A DNA stretch of 64,000 nt, from the NCBI GenBank assembly GCA_965645245.1, contig OZ287081.1:930001-994000 (forward strand), given 5' to 3'. Below, piece after piece: positions 11,497 to 22,582 of this stretch; the first letter of the stretch is position 1, and each line of letters begins with the position of its first letter. The notes beneath the pieces were generated by a model. The model saw nothing but the letters and a program-made list of their open reading frames with translations, searched no databases and was not told where the DNA came from. A program made the translations under genes and the position numbers. The stretch is from Massalongia carnosa. Taxonomy: Eukaryota.

Positions 11497-14400
11497 TCCC
11501 TGCGCTTAGTCGCGTGCAGGGACCTCCCGTTTTCATCTCTTCTTGTTTGATGGCCGACTCATTTTCCCCTTTTCTAAGGTCTAATACTCGTTTTTCCGTA
11601 GCGTCCGCTTTGGAGCTGTTCGAATCAGATAAAACGTTCAAAGACAGCCACATGGTAGTTGCCTGTACTTTACGTTTATCTAGATTCAGAATTAAAACAT
11701 TTAACCTTGTCGATTGTGGTGCATCTGGCTACTCATTTATTGATGAAAACTTTGCGCAAACTCATCAAATCCCTCTTCATCCCCTCAAATATCCTCGACG
11801 CCTTGAAGGATTTGACGGCCAGGCAGCCCTATCCGGAAACATCACCAAGGTGGCCGAAATTATCATGGACCTAGAAGGTCATGTAGAAAGATTATTTCTA
11901 TTTGTCACCGGATTAAAACATTACCCAATTGTCCTGGGTCACCCATGGCTTCGACGGCACAATGCTGTAGCTGATTTTGGAAACAATACCCTCACCTTTG
12001 CCTCTCCTTTCTGCCTCACTCATTGTTGCCCCCATCCTGTCAAAATTCATGCCATCGAGGAAGAATTCCTCACCCCAGTCGAAAGTCAGAAAGTCTGGGA
12101 GGCTGAGGATGTCAACTCAGTCAAGAAAGTTTTCGAAGACATCACGTCCATGCAAATTATCAGTACGTCGAAAACTTTCCTAAAACAAGAGAAAAAAAAA
12201 ACCTCTTCAACTAAACAAATCGAGCCCAAAATCGAAACCCCCCTCGAGCCCCTATCAAATGATGAACCGAGCCGTATCGAGAAGACAATTCAGCAAGGAC
12301 TCACTCCGAAAATTCGATATAGAAGTCCTTCTTCACTTCGTACATCTACTCAAAGACGTGCCGAACAGAAAGCACGCAAAAACATCCCTAGCCTGCAGCT
12401 AAACGTCTGCGAAATCGAAGCCGCCTCCTTCAACCGACTAAGCCGGAAGAAAAATCACGATATCTTTGTTCTTTCGATGAAAGAAATCGATCGCTTCTTA
12501 GGAATAGAAGCCTCACCTAGCCCAGTTCCCAGTCTAGCCCTCAATCAAAGTCCCAGCCTTGTTATCAATTCTAGTCCCAGCCCAAGTTATCAACCATTGT
12601 CCCCCCAGTCGAGTCTCAGTGAAAAGGAAATCCATCTAGCCCTATTCAAAATGAATAAAGCCCTAACCTTACACGCAACCGTTACCCAGGAGGAATTAGA
12701 CGAATATCGGGAAAGAAAAAACGTCGATCCAGCTCCTTTTCTGCCCAAGCAATATCACGACTTCCTAGATGTTTTTTCAAAGAAAAACTCCGACATCCTA
12801 CCCGATCACCGCCCGTACGATCATGCCATCAAGTTAAAAGAAGGCACTCAGGCCCCTAGTCAGGCTCTTTATGGAATGAGTCGCAATGAAATCGAGGAGC
12901 TTCGTCGCTATCTAGATGAGAATTTAGCCAAAGGATTTATTAGAGCTAGTCGCTCTCACGCTGCCTCACCAGTAATGTTCGTCAAAAAGCCTGGAGGAGG
13001 ACTTCGCTTTTGTGTTGACTATCGAGGCCTAAATGCCATCACGATAAAGAATCGCTATCCGCTACCTCTGATCGCCGAGACACTAAATCGATTGTCTAGA
13101 GCCAAGATTTTCACCAAGCTAGACATCATCGCCGCCTTCAACAGGCTTCGAATAAAAGAAGGAGATGAAGAACTCACCGCATTTCGCACTCGTTTTGGCC
13201 TGTTCGAGTCTCTGGTCCTGCCATTCGGTCTGTGCAACGGACCCGCCTCTTTTCAACATTTTATCAATGACACCCTTCGCGAGTATCTTGACGACTTCTG
13301 CACGGCCTATTTAGATGACATTCTCATCTACAGCGATAATGAGCTAGAACACGAGACACACGTCAAGAAAATACTCTCCAGACTTCGAGACGCTGGTCTG
13401 CAGGCCGATATCACCAAGTGCAAATTTCACGTGACCGAAATTGCATACCTGGGGCTGATTGTGACCACAAAGGGAATAAAGATGGACCCAGCCAAAGTGG
13501 AAACCGTCACGAACTGGCCAATTCCCGTCAATGTGAAAGACGTGCAAAGCTTTTTGGGATTTGCTAACTTTTATAGACGATTCGTGTATGGATTTAGCAA
13601 CATAGCCGGCCCCCTAACCAATCTGACCAAAAAGGAAACGGAATTTCGATGGACTGAAAAATGTCAAACCGCTTTCGAAATCTTGAAAAAAGCCTTCACC
13701 TCTGACGTTATATTGAGACATTTCGATCCGGATCGTCCAATAGTCGTAGAAACCGACGCCTCCGACTATGTGTCGGGTGGCATTCTTTCTCAGTATGATG
13801 ATAAGGGAGTGCTTCATCCTGTCGCCTACTTTTCCAGAAAACACAATCCGGCTGAATGCAACTATGAGATATATGACAAAGAATTAATGGCAATTGTTCG
13901 ATGTTTCGAAGAATGGAGATCAGAATTGGAAGGATCTGCATTTCCCATTAACGTCATATCTGATCATAAAAACCTCGAATACTTTGCCTCGACCAAACAA
14001 CTCAGTCGTCGTCAGGCCAGGTGGAGTGAATTTCTTTCTCGTTTTGACTTCAAGATAGTCTACCGACCAGGAAAAGCGGGAGGAAAACCGGACGCTTTGA
14101 CTCGACGATCAGGAGATCTTCCTAAAGAAGGGGATGATACGGACGATCGAAGGAAATATCAGCATCAAACTATTCTAAAAACCGAAAACCTAGACGAGGA
14201 AATCGCAAAAAGCTATCTTTCTTCCATTCTTCTAGCCCCAGCCTTTCTAAATGACGAAGAACCTCACCCCGAAGAACCTCAGCTAGACGAGGGCCCAATC
14301 AATCCAGATGAGGATATTCCCACTCAGCATCTTTGGGAACAAGCCCTCGCACGAGATCAATTCGCACCCAGAATTCTAGAAGCTCTTCGCAATAACGAAA

Positions 14401-15866
14401 GACATCATAATCAAATTCAGCTAGCAGAATGCGAAGACAGAGAAGGTGTCCTATATTTTCGGAATAAGAAATATGTGCCTCGATCAGACCGCCTACGACT
14501 TCGTATCATTCAACTTGCCCACGATAGCGTCGCCGGAGGACATCCAGGCCGTTCCAAATGTCACGAATTGGTAAATCGAACACATTGGTGGCCCAGTATG
14601 CATCAGTCCATCAAAAGATTTATTCGGAATTGCCACACCTGCAAAAGATCAAAACCATCTCGTCAGCGTTATCAAGGCTGGCTGCGTCCGCTACCCCCTC
14701 CAGAACGTAGATGGCGTGATGTCTCCATGGATTATGTTGGACCACTGACTCCCAGCACCTTTATGGGAATCACCTATCGCTATGTCTTAGTGTTTATAGA
14801 CCGTCTTTCCAAAATGCGACACTTTGTCCCCACAGCAACCATGGAAGTTGAAGAAGCGGCCAATTCTTTCTATCAGAATGTCTGGAAATTGCATGGCCTT
14901 CCCGATGTCCTAGTCTCCGACCGCGGCTCTCAGTTTACCTCCGACTTCTGGGAACTGATGTGCAAAAGGTTGAAAATCGATGCCAAACTTTCCACTGGTT
15001 ATCATCCTGAGACTGATGGACAAACCGAAAGAGCTAATGCCACTATGGAGCATTATCTTAGGGCTTATGTCAACTACATGCAAGATGACTGGGCACAATG
15101 GCTTCCCGGCGCCGAATTCGCTAGCAATAACACCGACTCTTCTAGTATTCTAGCCTCCCCCTTCCTAGCCAACTTCGGACAACATCCTCGTGTGGGATTT
15201 GAACCGGAGGAACCGTTACCTCAAGACCTGACCGCTCAGGGAAGGGCAAACCTGATTGCAGCCAATCAGTTTGTGGACAAAATGCAGGACATCGATACTC
15301 ATCTCCGAGACGAAATGCTAATGGCACAAGCATCTTATGAATCAACCGCAAATGCTAATCGACGTCCCTGCCCCCGCTATTTCGTAGGAGATATGGTATG
15401 GCTAAGCACCAGAAACATCCAGACCGCCCGCCCAACAGTTAAATTGGACGATCGAAACATCGGTCCCTATCGGGTCAGCAAGGTTTTTTCCAACCCACTG
15501 ATTGTTCAAATCGAACTTCCCGATACCGTCAAAATTCATCCCGTTTTTCACGTCAATCTATTGCAACACGACGCCAATGACCCGCTTCCCGGACAAATAC
15601 CGGAGCCTCAAAACCCCGTTATTGCTGAAGACGGCCAGCGAGAATGGTATGTAAATAGCATTCTGAATTCCAAACTCGATCGACGTTTCCAACCCCCACT
15701 TCTGAAGTATCTTGTCGGCTGGGAAGGACACGCCTCCACCTGGGAACCATTCAACTACATCACCAACTGTCAGCAAGCCCTAGACGAGTATCATCAAGCT
15801 TACCCCAACGCGGCTGGCCCTCATCTCACCCCGTGCCAAATTCCTCGTTGTCGGTGTCGTGATTAA
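11484..15866 (+). CDS. pol: E2 Pol (PR-RT-RH-IN-chromodomain), via -1 frameshift
   Basis: LVDCGAS, YLDD, ETDASD, HPETDGQTE, GPY, C-terminal EWYVNSIL...YLVGWEG chromodomain; -1 frame open from 11484. Confidence 0.96.
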   Translation, partial: GKSLVPALSRVQGPPVFISSCLMADSFSPFLRSNTRFSVASALELFESDKTFKDSHMVVACTLRLSRFRIKTFNLVDCGASGYSFIDENFAQTHQIPLHPLKYPRRLEGFDGQAALSGNITKVAEIIMDLEGHVERLFLFVTGLKHYPIVLGHPWLRRHNAVADFGNNTLTFASPFCLTHCCPHPVKIHAIEEEFLTPVESQKVWEAEDVNSVKKVFEDITSMQIISTSKTFLKQEKKKTSSTKQIEPKIETPLEPLSNDEPSRIEKTIQQGLTPKIRYRSPSSLRTSTQRRAEQKARKNIPSLQLNVCEIEAASFNRLSRKKNHDIFVLSMKEIDRFLGIEASPSPVPSLALNQSPSLVINSSPSPSYQPLSPQSSLSEKEIHLALFKMNKALTLHATVTQEELDEYRERKNVDPAPFLPKQYHDFLDVFSKKNSDILPDHRPYDHAIKLKEGTQAPSQALYGMSRNEIEELRRYLDENLAKGFIRASRSHAASPVMFVKKPGGGLRFCVDYRGLNAITIKNRYPLPLIAETLNRLSRAKIFTKLDIIAAFNRLRIKEGDEELTAFRTRFGLFESLVLPFGLCNGPASFQHFINDTLREYLDDFCTAYLDDILIYSDNELEHETHVKKILSRLRDAGLQADITKCKFHVTEIAYLGLIVTTKGIKMDPAKVETVTNWPIPVNVKDVQSFLGFANFYRRFVYGFSNIAGPLTNLTKKETEFRWTEKCQTAFEILKKAFTSDVILRHFDPDRPIVVETDASDYVSGGILSQYDDKGVLHPVAYFSRKHNPAECNYEIYDKELMAIVRCFEEWRSELEGSAFPINVISDHKNLEYFASTKQLSRRQARWSEFLSRFDFKIVYRPGKAGGKPDALTRRSGDLPKEGDDTDDRRKYQHQTILKTENLDEEIAKSYLSSILLAPAFLNDEEPHPEEPQLDEGPINPDEDIPTQHLWEQALARDQFAPRILEALRNNERHHNQIQLAECEDREGVLYFRNKKYVPRSDRLRLRIIQLAHDSVAGGHPGRSKCHELVNRTHWWPSMHQSIKRFIRNCHTCKRSKPSRQRYQGWLRPLPPPERRWRDVSMDYVGPLTPSTFMGITYRYVLVFIDRLSKMRHFVPTATMEVEEAANSFYQNVWKLHGLPDVLVSDRGSQFTSDFWELMCKRLKIDAKLSTGYHPETDGQTERANATMEHYLRAYVNYMQDDWAQWLPGAEFASNNTDSSSILASPFLANFGQHPRVGFEPEEPLPQDLTAQGRANLIAANQFVDKMQDIDTHLRDEMLMAQASYESTANANRRPCPRYFVGDMVWLSTRNIQTARPTVKLDDRNIGPYRVSKVFSNPLIVQIELPDTVKIHPVFHVNLLQHDANDPLPGQIPEPQNPVIAEDGQREWYVNSILNSKLDRRFQPPLLKYLVGWEGHASTWEPFNYITNCQQALDEYHQAYPNAAGPHLTPCQIPRCRCRD

Positions 15867-15906
15867 AATTGCATCGCAGGAGCTCTGCCTTTGAGAGGGG
15901 AGCTAC

Positions 15907-16450
15907 TGTCATGAAACGGCTTCGAACCAAAAGGATCTCGGCCTTATGCCTAGTTGCCCCCTCTATCCTGTCTCTACCTACCGTACCGCAGGTTCATTGG
16001 AGCTACCGCGGGTTCATTGGACCTAACGCAGGTTTATTGGACCTAACGCAGGTTCATTAGACCTAACGCAGGTTCATTGGAACTACCGCGGATTCATTGG
16101 ACCTACCGCGGGTTCATTGGACCTACCACAGCTTCATTAGTCAGTGCGCGCTGTTCCAACCTTTCTCGATGCGGTTAGATCAAGTACGGCTCCGCCTCCG
16201 ATCTTCGAAACCATAATTACCCGGTCCCCATTAGGTGTCTTCGTATTAACTTAGGAAAAGGAGATGAATAGGAGACATCGAAGATCAAGGAAACAAAGGG
16301 GTAAGGAGGTGAGGAACAGATATAAAAGAAGGGGTCGAGTCTCGAAAGTTCTGGCTCCTTGTCCGACGTCTTGAATAGCCAATCTAGCCTAGCTGTAGCT
16401 ATAGACTCAGTCAATTAGAAAGCTTGACCATCCAATCCAGTCCCTTGACA
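15907..16450 (+). repeat. E2 3' LTR
   Basis: No differences seen from 9701-10244. Confidence 0.97.
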
Positions 16451-16510
16451 ATATAGAACCACGCCCGCATGGGCCGGCCTTTGGCCGGTGACATATCGGT
16501 GTAAGAATTT

Positions 16511-16666
16511 ATCATTATCATTATCATTATCATTATCATTATCATTATCATTATCATTATCATTATCATTATCATTATCATTATCATTATCATTATCATT
16601 ATCATTATCATTATCATTATCATTATCATTATCATTATCATTATCATCATTATTATTATCATCATC
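16511..16666 (+). repeat. (ATCATT)22 microsatellite plus ATC/ATT trimers; LINE 3' tail
   Basis: Perfect hexamers 16511-16642 directly after the conserved LINE 3' motif. Confidence 0.93.
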
Positions 16667-16922
16667 ATGAATTGTAATAATACTGTCACGCGTCTGAATT
16701 ATGCTGTCAGGGTCCTGAGGTCACCTGACATCAGACTAGCATCGATTAGGTAATGTGCCGAGGAACCGACTTTTCAGGGGTTATATAGAACTCCGCCCGA
16801 GTAAAGCTTTTAGACTTCGTCTGAAGATTTTGGTGTAGAACTAGGCTATTGAAATTGAACTCGTTTTAACCCTCACACAATCTTCAGACCTACAATCAGA
16901 ATCATTAGGCTAATCAGAAAAC

Positions 16923-18515
16923 ATGAACTCATTAGAATCATCCAGCAGAGATGTCGCTCCCTCGGGGCCGGCCTTCAACACTAGAGCTCGCTCCATGTCG
17001 CGACAATCGACACAGAGCATACCAGGCGAATATGAACCCGCCGACGAAGAGGTGGGAAATGACACTGTTTTGCCGACAAACAAAGACAAAGGCAGGGAAC
17101 CGAAGATCGAGGCCCCGACCTCAGAACCGAAAATCGACATAAGCAATTATGCCATTTATCGAAGTCTGACGGAAAGCAATCCGTCGAAATCAGCTATGAT
17201 CATCAAGGTGGCCAATCGAGAAGAGTTGAGAAGGGCCCTCGTCCTAAAGGGAGACGGCGACATATGGTACACTGTTCTAGCCGGCACGCTCCTACAACAT
17301 GAGGTCTTGATCGAGAAATATCAGGACTTGAAAAAAAGAAACAAAGATCTAAAAGGTCTACAGGCAGAATGGACCCGAATGATAAAGAGCTGGGATCACG
17401 AGAGACTAGTATTTGAGGAGGATATCGCGGCTGAAAAATTGGAGACTCAGAAGGTCAAAGCGGAAAACTCGGACCTCATTCGTGAAATATCAGAGATGAA
17501 ACGTCTAGCTCGCGAAGCTACTCAGACGTCGACCTCATCGACTGGTCAAACTGAAGATCAATCCGCCGTCGCTGCCCCCTTAAGCAATTATCGACCCAAA
17601 GGCACCAACCCGAAGGAGGCCCTCGACGGTTCCAACTCAGACGCCTATAGTGCATGGGCGTTTACGGTGGAAAGAAAAATCAGAACCGACTCCCCAATGT
17701 ACACTAGTGAGGAGTTGAAAATCGACTACGCCTTATCGCAGATGAAGGATCCCATTTTCGACGCCATACACACCTGGGTAGTGGATGCCGGTCCCACTCT
17801 CTCTTTGAATACGTTCTTCAAGGAAATTGAGAGCTATCTCGGGATAGCATATTTGACAAAGGACGCGAAGAAGGAATTGAAAGAAATAAGCATGAACAAA
17901 GATGAAACGGTGACTGAATACTATCATCGAATGTTCAAACTCTGGCAACGTGCAAAAACCCCCGCGGATGAGAGAATTGAGACGTTCAAGGACACCCTGC
18001 GGCCGAACATCGCGCTGTCTCTATTGGGACGGGACTTCATCAGTCTAGAAACCCTCTTGCATGAAGCCAGGAAAATCGAATAGGGAAGAAAGGAGATGAA
18101 TCAGAAGTACGCGAAGTCGGAATCTCAGAAGCCCGCGAAAACGACGACTTCTCCTTCTTCTTCCGTCGGTCGTGGTTTAAACAAAACTACGACCGCCACC
18201 TCCAGTACCTCGATCACAGTCAAACCAAAAGCGACTACGACCAACTCCGCCATCTCCGCCAACCCGAACTCGAAATTCGGACAGGTCTCGACCAAACCGG
18301 AAGGATGGGTAGGAGCTTGGTACGAGGGGACGCTTCACCCGCCCAAGTTGGAGGACGGGGAACGAGAGACTCTGTCACGACAGGGCCGATGTTGGTCGTG
18401 CAGAGGATCAGGGCATAGGGGCCGAGACCCCTGTTGCATTAGGCAAGCAGTGAATCTCAGTAGAGTCGCCATTCGAGAAGACTCATCCGAGTCCGAGGAC
18501 TCGGAAAAAGAATGA
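16923..18515 (+). pseudogene. gag: E3 gag with one in-frame TAG (18081-18083)
   Basis: ORFs 16923-18083 and 18096-18515 share a frame; knuckle CWSCRGSGH lies after the stop. Confidence 0.88.
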
Positions 18516-21500
18516 TTCCTGATGATAGTCGCCATCAGGAATGTCGAGAAGTTTCATTAAGGGTTGTTAGAGCATCTGTTCTTTCTGTCGATCATCTCGT
18601 TCCGGGCAAGCATCTTTTATTTAGATGTAGTATAGCCTCTAATGAAAATCAGTTGATGATCGATAACGGAAGTGAAGCTCAATTTCTTCATGAATCCTTT
18701 GCGCGCAAAAGAAAACTAGAGACCATTAGACTAAAAAAAAGAGACAGGGTCAGACTGGAACTTGGGGATGGAAAAGTCCATCAAATCATTGATAAGGCCG
18801 TTATCGTTCCCGTCAGAATCGGAGATCATGAGGAAAAGTTATTCTGCTATCTGGCCGACATAGGTAATCATACCTTGATCATCGGTGATGGATGGCTGCA
18901 GGAGCATAACCCTCACATTGATTGGGTTGAACGCACCATGACGTTCTCCAATCGGTGCGTCAGTAAGGGATGCGCACCTCGATCTCATTCAGTCTCAAAA
19001 TTTGAATCCACAATCTTGGAGAAGGAAACGACTGCCTCAGCAAAGAACGAGGCCTTTGAAAATTTCGATATTCAGTCCCTCACCCCGAAGCGATTTATGA
19101 AACTTCTTCGAAGATCGGGTCATCAGACTTACTGTTTCTATCCGAGGGAAAAGCTCAACAAGAAGTTAGATAGGTACGAGAAGAAGCTTCTGACTGCTTC
19201 AAGTATCAACGCAGTCACCAGCGACGATCATGAGAAGTTCATGAAAGACAAAGTCGAATATACTCTGGAAGAATTGAAAAAACGAGTACCCGAGGCCTAT
19301 CATGGCGAGATTGAAGTCTTCATGAGGGCTAAGGCAGACGAGTTGGCACCTCATCGAAAAGAGGATCACGAAATCAATTTGATGCCCGGGATCGAGCCCC
19401 CGTTCATCAAGAATTATCGGCCCATGTCCGAACAGGAATTGACCGCGGTAAGAAAATATCTAGATGAGCACTTAGCAAAAGGGTTTATTCGTCCGAGCTC
19501 GTCAAAGGCGGCCGCGCCGGTACTATTGGTCAGGAAACCAGGCGGGGGTCTTCGCTTTTGCGTAGATTATCGAGATCTGAATAATATCACGGAGAAAAGT
19601 CGATACCCCATTCCATTGATCAGCGAGACATTGGCGAAACTCGCCAAAGCAAAGTGGTTTACTAAATTGGACGTCATTCATGCATTCAATAGGATGAGGA
19701 TTAAAGAGGGACAAGAGTGGCTCACGGCGTTCAATACGCGATACGGTCAATTTGAATATCTTGTGATGCCCTTCGGACTATGCAACGCTCCATCAACATT
19801 TCAGAGCTATATCAATAACTCCCTGCGAGAATACTTAGATTATTTCGTCACCGCCTATCTGGACGACGTACTGGTGTTCAGTGAAACAGAAACGGAGCAC
19901 ATCGAGCAGGTACTGAAGGTACTTCGTCGTCTGAAAGAAAGAGGACTTCAACTGGACATAGACAAGTGTGAATTCTCTGTCTCCGAAGTCAAGTACCTCG
20001 GAATGTTCGTGGGGGTGAATGGCGTTAGAATGGACCCAGAAAAGGTGACGGCCATACTAGAATGGAAGACGCCCGCGTCAGTAAAAGAGGTGCAGTCCTT
20101 TCTTGGATTCGCTAACTTCTATCGTCGCTTCATTGAGCGATTCTCCGAAAAGGTGAAGTGTCTGACCGAGCTAACCCGCGGAGAGCAATATGGCACGAAA
20201 GGCGGAAAGAGACGCACCAAGTATCAAGACTTCGTGTGGACCACTGAATGTCAGCAAGCTTTCGAAGACATGAAGATTTCTTTTACCTCTGCGCCGATTC
20301 TTGCTCATTACGACCCAAGGCTAGAGACCTGGGTGGAGACAGACGCATCTGACTTCGTAGTATCGGGGATACTCTCTCAGATGCATGAAGGCGTTCTGAA
20401 ACCCGTGGCTTATTTCTCGAAGAAGATGAGCCCCGCCGAATGCAATTATGAGATCTACGATAAAGAACTCCTAGCCATCGTAGAAAGTTTCGTCATCTGG
20501 AGACCGGAGCTAGCGGGAGTGGAGCAATCAACAAAGGTCTACTCAGATCATAAGAATCTGGAGACCTTCATGACTTTGAAACAACTAAATCGCCGTCAAG
20601 TGCGTTGGGCTGAGATGCTGGCGGAATATAATTTTCGCATTATGTATAGACCAGGCAAGCAAGGGGGCAAACCGGACGCCCTCACCAGAAGAGAGCAAGA
20701 TCTGCCGATGGACGCGGAGGATGATCGCACCAGATATCAATATCAGGTGCTGCTAAAAGAAAATCAGCTGGACGATGAAGTGAAGCAGGACCTGAAGCTG
20801 TACGTGACAACCAGATCCATGGCCAATCGAGAACGGGTTGAAGACAACATTACTACTGACTCATCCGATCAAATCAGGGATGAGGAAGTAGAGGACTTGA
20901 CGGTAGAGGAGTTCACAATCAATTCGAATGATGATTCGGATGCAGAAAAGCCTGATGAATTATTAGAAAATCTTTTAGCGGAGGCATATCAAGAAGACGC
21001 AATGATTCAGGAAGTCATGAAGGCTAAGTTGGAAAATCTGAAGAAATTGCCCGATAAAATTCTAAGCAACGGGCTGAGACTGGCGACGGGTGACTTGGAA
21101 GTCCGTCACGAAAGACTATACTACAAAACACGCCTCTTCATTCCGAATTTCGACAAGCTGAAGCTGCGTCTTTTATCGGATCATCATAATCCCCCGATGC
21201 AAGGACACCCCGGGTATCGAGGCATGTATGCCAAAATGCTGGAGAACTATTTCTGGATGTCCATGAAGGATGATTGTCGAAGATACGCTACTAACTGCTC
21301 TACATGCCGAAGGTCCAAGGCGTACAACGATCAGAAACAGGGACTATTAGCCCCACTACCCATACCTCAAAGAAAATGGACAGACTTATCTCTGGACTTT
21401 GTAGTCAAACTGCCCAAATGTCACAGACGGGGCCGGACGTACGAAAATATCTTGGTTATCGTGGACAGATTGACCAAACGTAGGTTGTACGAACCTATGG

Positions 21501-22582
21501 TGGATATAGGCACGAAGGACGTACTAGAAGTCCTCAAACGTCGGGTCTTTTCAACATACGGCTTGCCAAACTCCATCGTCCACGATCGCGGGACGCAATT
21601 GACAGCCCATCTGTGGAAGCGAATTTGTCAGCGATTAGGAGTCAAATCGAAACCGTCCTCCGCGCATCATCCAGAAACAGATGGTCAAACCGAAAATGCG
21701 AATAAGGTTATGAAGAACTACCTGAGAGCATACGTCAGACATGCTCAAGACGACTGGGTGGACTACTTACCAGATGCCGAATTTGCAGTCAATAATCATA
21801 CGAACGCTTCAACCGGAATGTCCCCCTTCTTCGCTGATCACGGTTATCACCCTCGTAGTGGCTCGGAGCCGCCTCAGCCTTTTGACTCAAATGTCACCGG
21901 ACGCGCGGAACTGATGTCGGCAGACAAAATAACCGCCCGACAAGAAGCCATGACCAAATGGCTTATCGAGCACCTAACCTGGGCACAGGCAGATCAGATG
22001 AGATATGCCAATGAGTCGCGGGCCCCACATCCAGACTACAAGATAGGAGACATGGTATATGTCAACACCAAAGATTTCTCCGTCGACAAGCAGAGTCGCT
22101 CCCTGAGTTCCAAAAACGCGGGGCCATGGAAAATCATCCGAAACATAGATAACAAGGCCTATGAATTGGAAATTCCCGAACACTTGAAAAGAGTGGGGCT
22201 CACACCCATATTTCATCCATGGAAACTTCATCTGGCTCCTACGAACCCATTCCCCGGTCAACTTATTGAACCGGGTCCCCCGATACTGATTCAAGAAGAC
22301 GCCGAATCCAGTCCTCATGAAGAATATGAAGTCCTCGAAATCGTCGACTGCCGTGAAACTAAGAAATACGGCACTCAGTATAAAGCAACCTATATCGGCT
22401 CATGGGATGACTGGAACGCAAACCCACCTTGGCAGCCATGGACTGATTTCATTCGCGCCAAAGAAGAAATCAGAAAATTTCATACAGACAATAAAGGAAA
22501 ACCCAACGCCCCAAAGGATGTCCTATTCATGAATAACAGTCAACCATCGACGTCCGGAGCCGCCGTCTCAGAGGAGGGGTAG
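18503..22582 (+). CDS. pol: E3 Pol (PR-RT-RH-IN-chromodomain), open frame
   Basis: MIDNGS, YLDD, ETDASD, HPETDGQTE, GPW, EEYEVLEIVD chromodomain. Confidence 0.95.
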   Translation, partial: GKRMIPDDSRHQECREVSLRVVRASVLSVDHLVPGKHLLFRCSIASNENQLMIDNGSEAQFLHESFARKRKLETIRLKKRDRVRLELGDGKVHQIIDKAVIVPVRIGDHEEKLFCYLADIGNHTLIIGDGWLQEHNPHIDWVERTMTFSNRCVSKGCAPRSHSVSKFESTILEKETTASAKNEAFENFDIQSLTPKRFMKLLRRSGHQTYCFYPREKLNKKLDRYEKKLLTASSINAVTSDDHEKFMKDKVEYTLEELKKRVPEAYHGEIEVFMRAKADELAPHRKEDHEINLMPGIEPPFIKNYRPMSEQELTAVRKYLDEHLAKGFIRPSSSKAAAPVLLVRKPGGGLRFCVDYRDLNNITEKSRYPIPLISETLAKLAKAKWFTKLDVIHAFNRMRIKEGQEWLTAFNTRYGQFEYLVMPFGLCNAPSTFQSYINNSLREYLDYFVTAYLDDVLVFSETETEHIEQVLKVLRRLKERGLQLDIDKCEFSVSEVKYLGMFVGVNGVRMDPEKVTAILEWKTPASVKEVQSFLGFANFYRRFIERFSEKVKCLTELTRGEQYGTKGGKRRTKYQDFVWTTECQQAFEDMKISFTSAPILAHYDPRLETWVETDASDFVVSGILSQMHEGVLKPVAYFSKKMSPAECNYEIYDKELLAIVESFVIWRPELAGVEQSTKVYSDHKNLETFMTLKQLNRRQVRWAEMLAEYNFRIMYRPGKQGGKPDALTRREQDLPMDAEDDRTRYQYQVLLKENQLDDEVKQDLKLYVTTRSMANRERVEDNITTDSSDQIRDEEVEDLTVEEFTINSNDDSDAEKPDELLENLLAEAYQEDAMIQEVMKAKLENLKKLPDKILSNGLRLATGDLEVRHERLYYKTRLFIPNFDKLKLRLLSDHHNPPMQGHPGYRGMYAKMLENYFWMSMKDDCRRYATNCSTCRRSKAYNDQKQGLLAPLPIPQRKWTDLSLDFVVKLPKCHRRGRTYENILVIVDRLTKRRLYEPMVDIGTKDVLEVLKRRVFSTYGLPNSIVHDRGTQLTAHLWKRICQRLGVKSKPSSAHHPETDGQTENANKVMKNYLRAYVRHAQDDWVDYLPDAEFAVNNHTNASTGMSPFFADHGYHPRSGSEPPQPFDSNVTGRAELMSADKITARQEAMTKWLIEHLTWAQADQMRYANESRAPHPDYKIGDMVYVNTKDFSVDKQSRSLSSKNAGPWKIIRNIDNKAYELEIPEHLKRVGLTPIFHPWKLHLAPTNPFPGQLIEPGPPILIQEDAESSPHEEYEVLEIVDCRETKKYGTQYKATYIGSWDDWNANPPWQPWTDFIRAKEEIRKFHTDNKGKPNAPKDVLFMNNSQPSTSGAAVSEEG

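Larger units (their letters stand above)
9701..16450 (+). mobile_element. Full-length intact Ty3/gypsy chromovirus E2 (6750 bp)
   Basis: 544-bp LTRs 9701-10244 and 15907-16450; TSD ATATA (9696-9700, 16451-16455); PPT GAGAGGGGAG 15893-15902; uninterrupted gag and pol. Confidence 0.98.
9120..16666 (+). mobile_element. 5'-truncated Tad1-like LINE fragment (ORF2 C-terminus, 3' UTR, ATCATT tail), interrupted by E2
   Basis: 9120-9509 encodes KKRLKIH...AESSLATQIRTEKIG...CICGWPRQTAKHVIMHC, similar to 38400-38756; 3' UTR resumes at 16456 and ends in a simple-repeat tail. Confidence 0.85.

Noticed and set aside
16411..16689. ORFs with (MI)n and (SL)n peptides
   Set aside because: Translations of the ATCATT microsatellite.
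18081..18083. Programmed readthrough in E3 gag (and TAA 39627 in E4 gag)
   Set aside because: Stops fall inside gag before the knuckle, and both elements already have a -1 frameshift cassette; point mutation is simpler.
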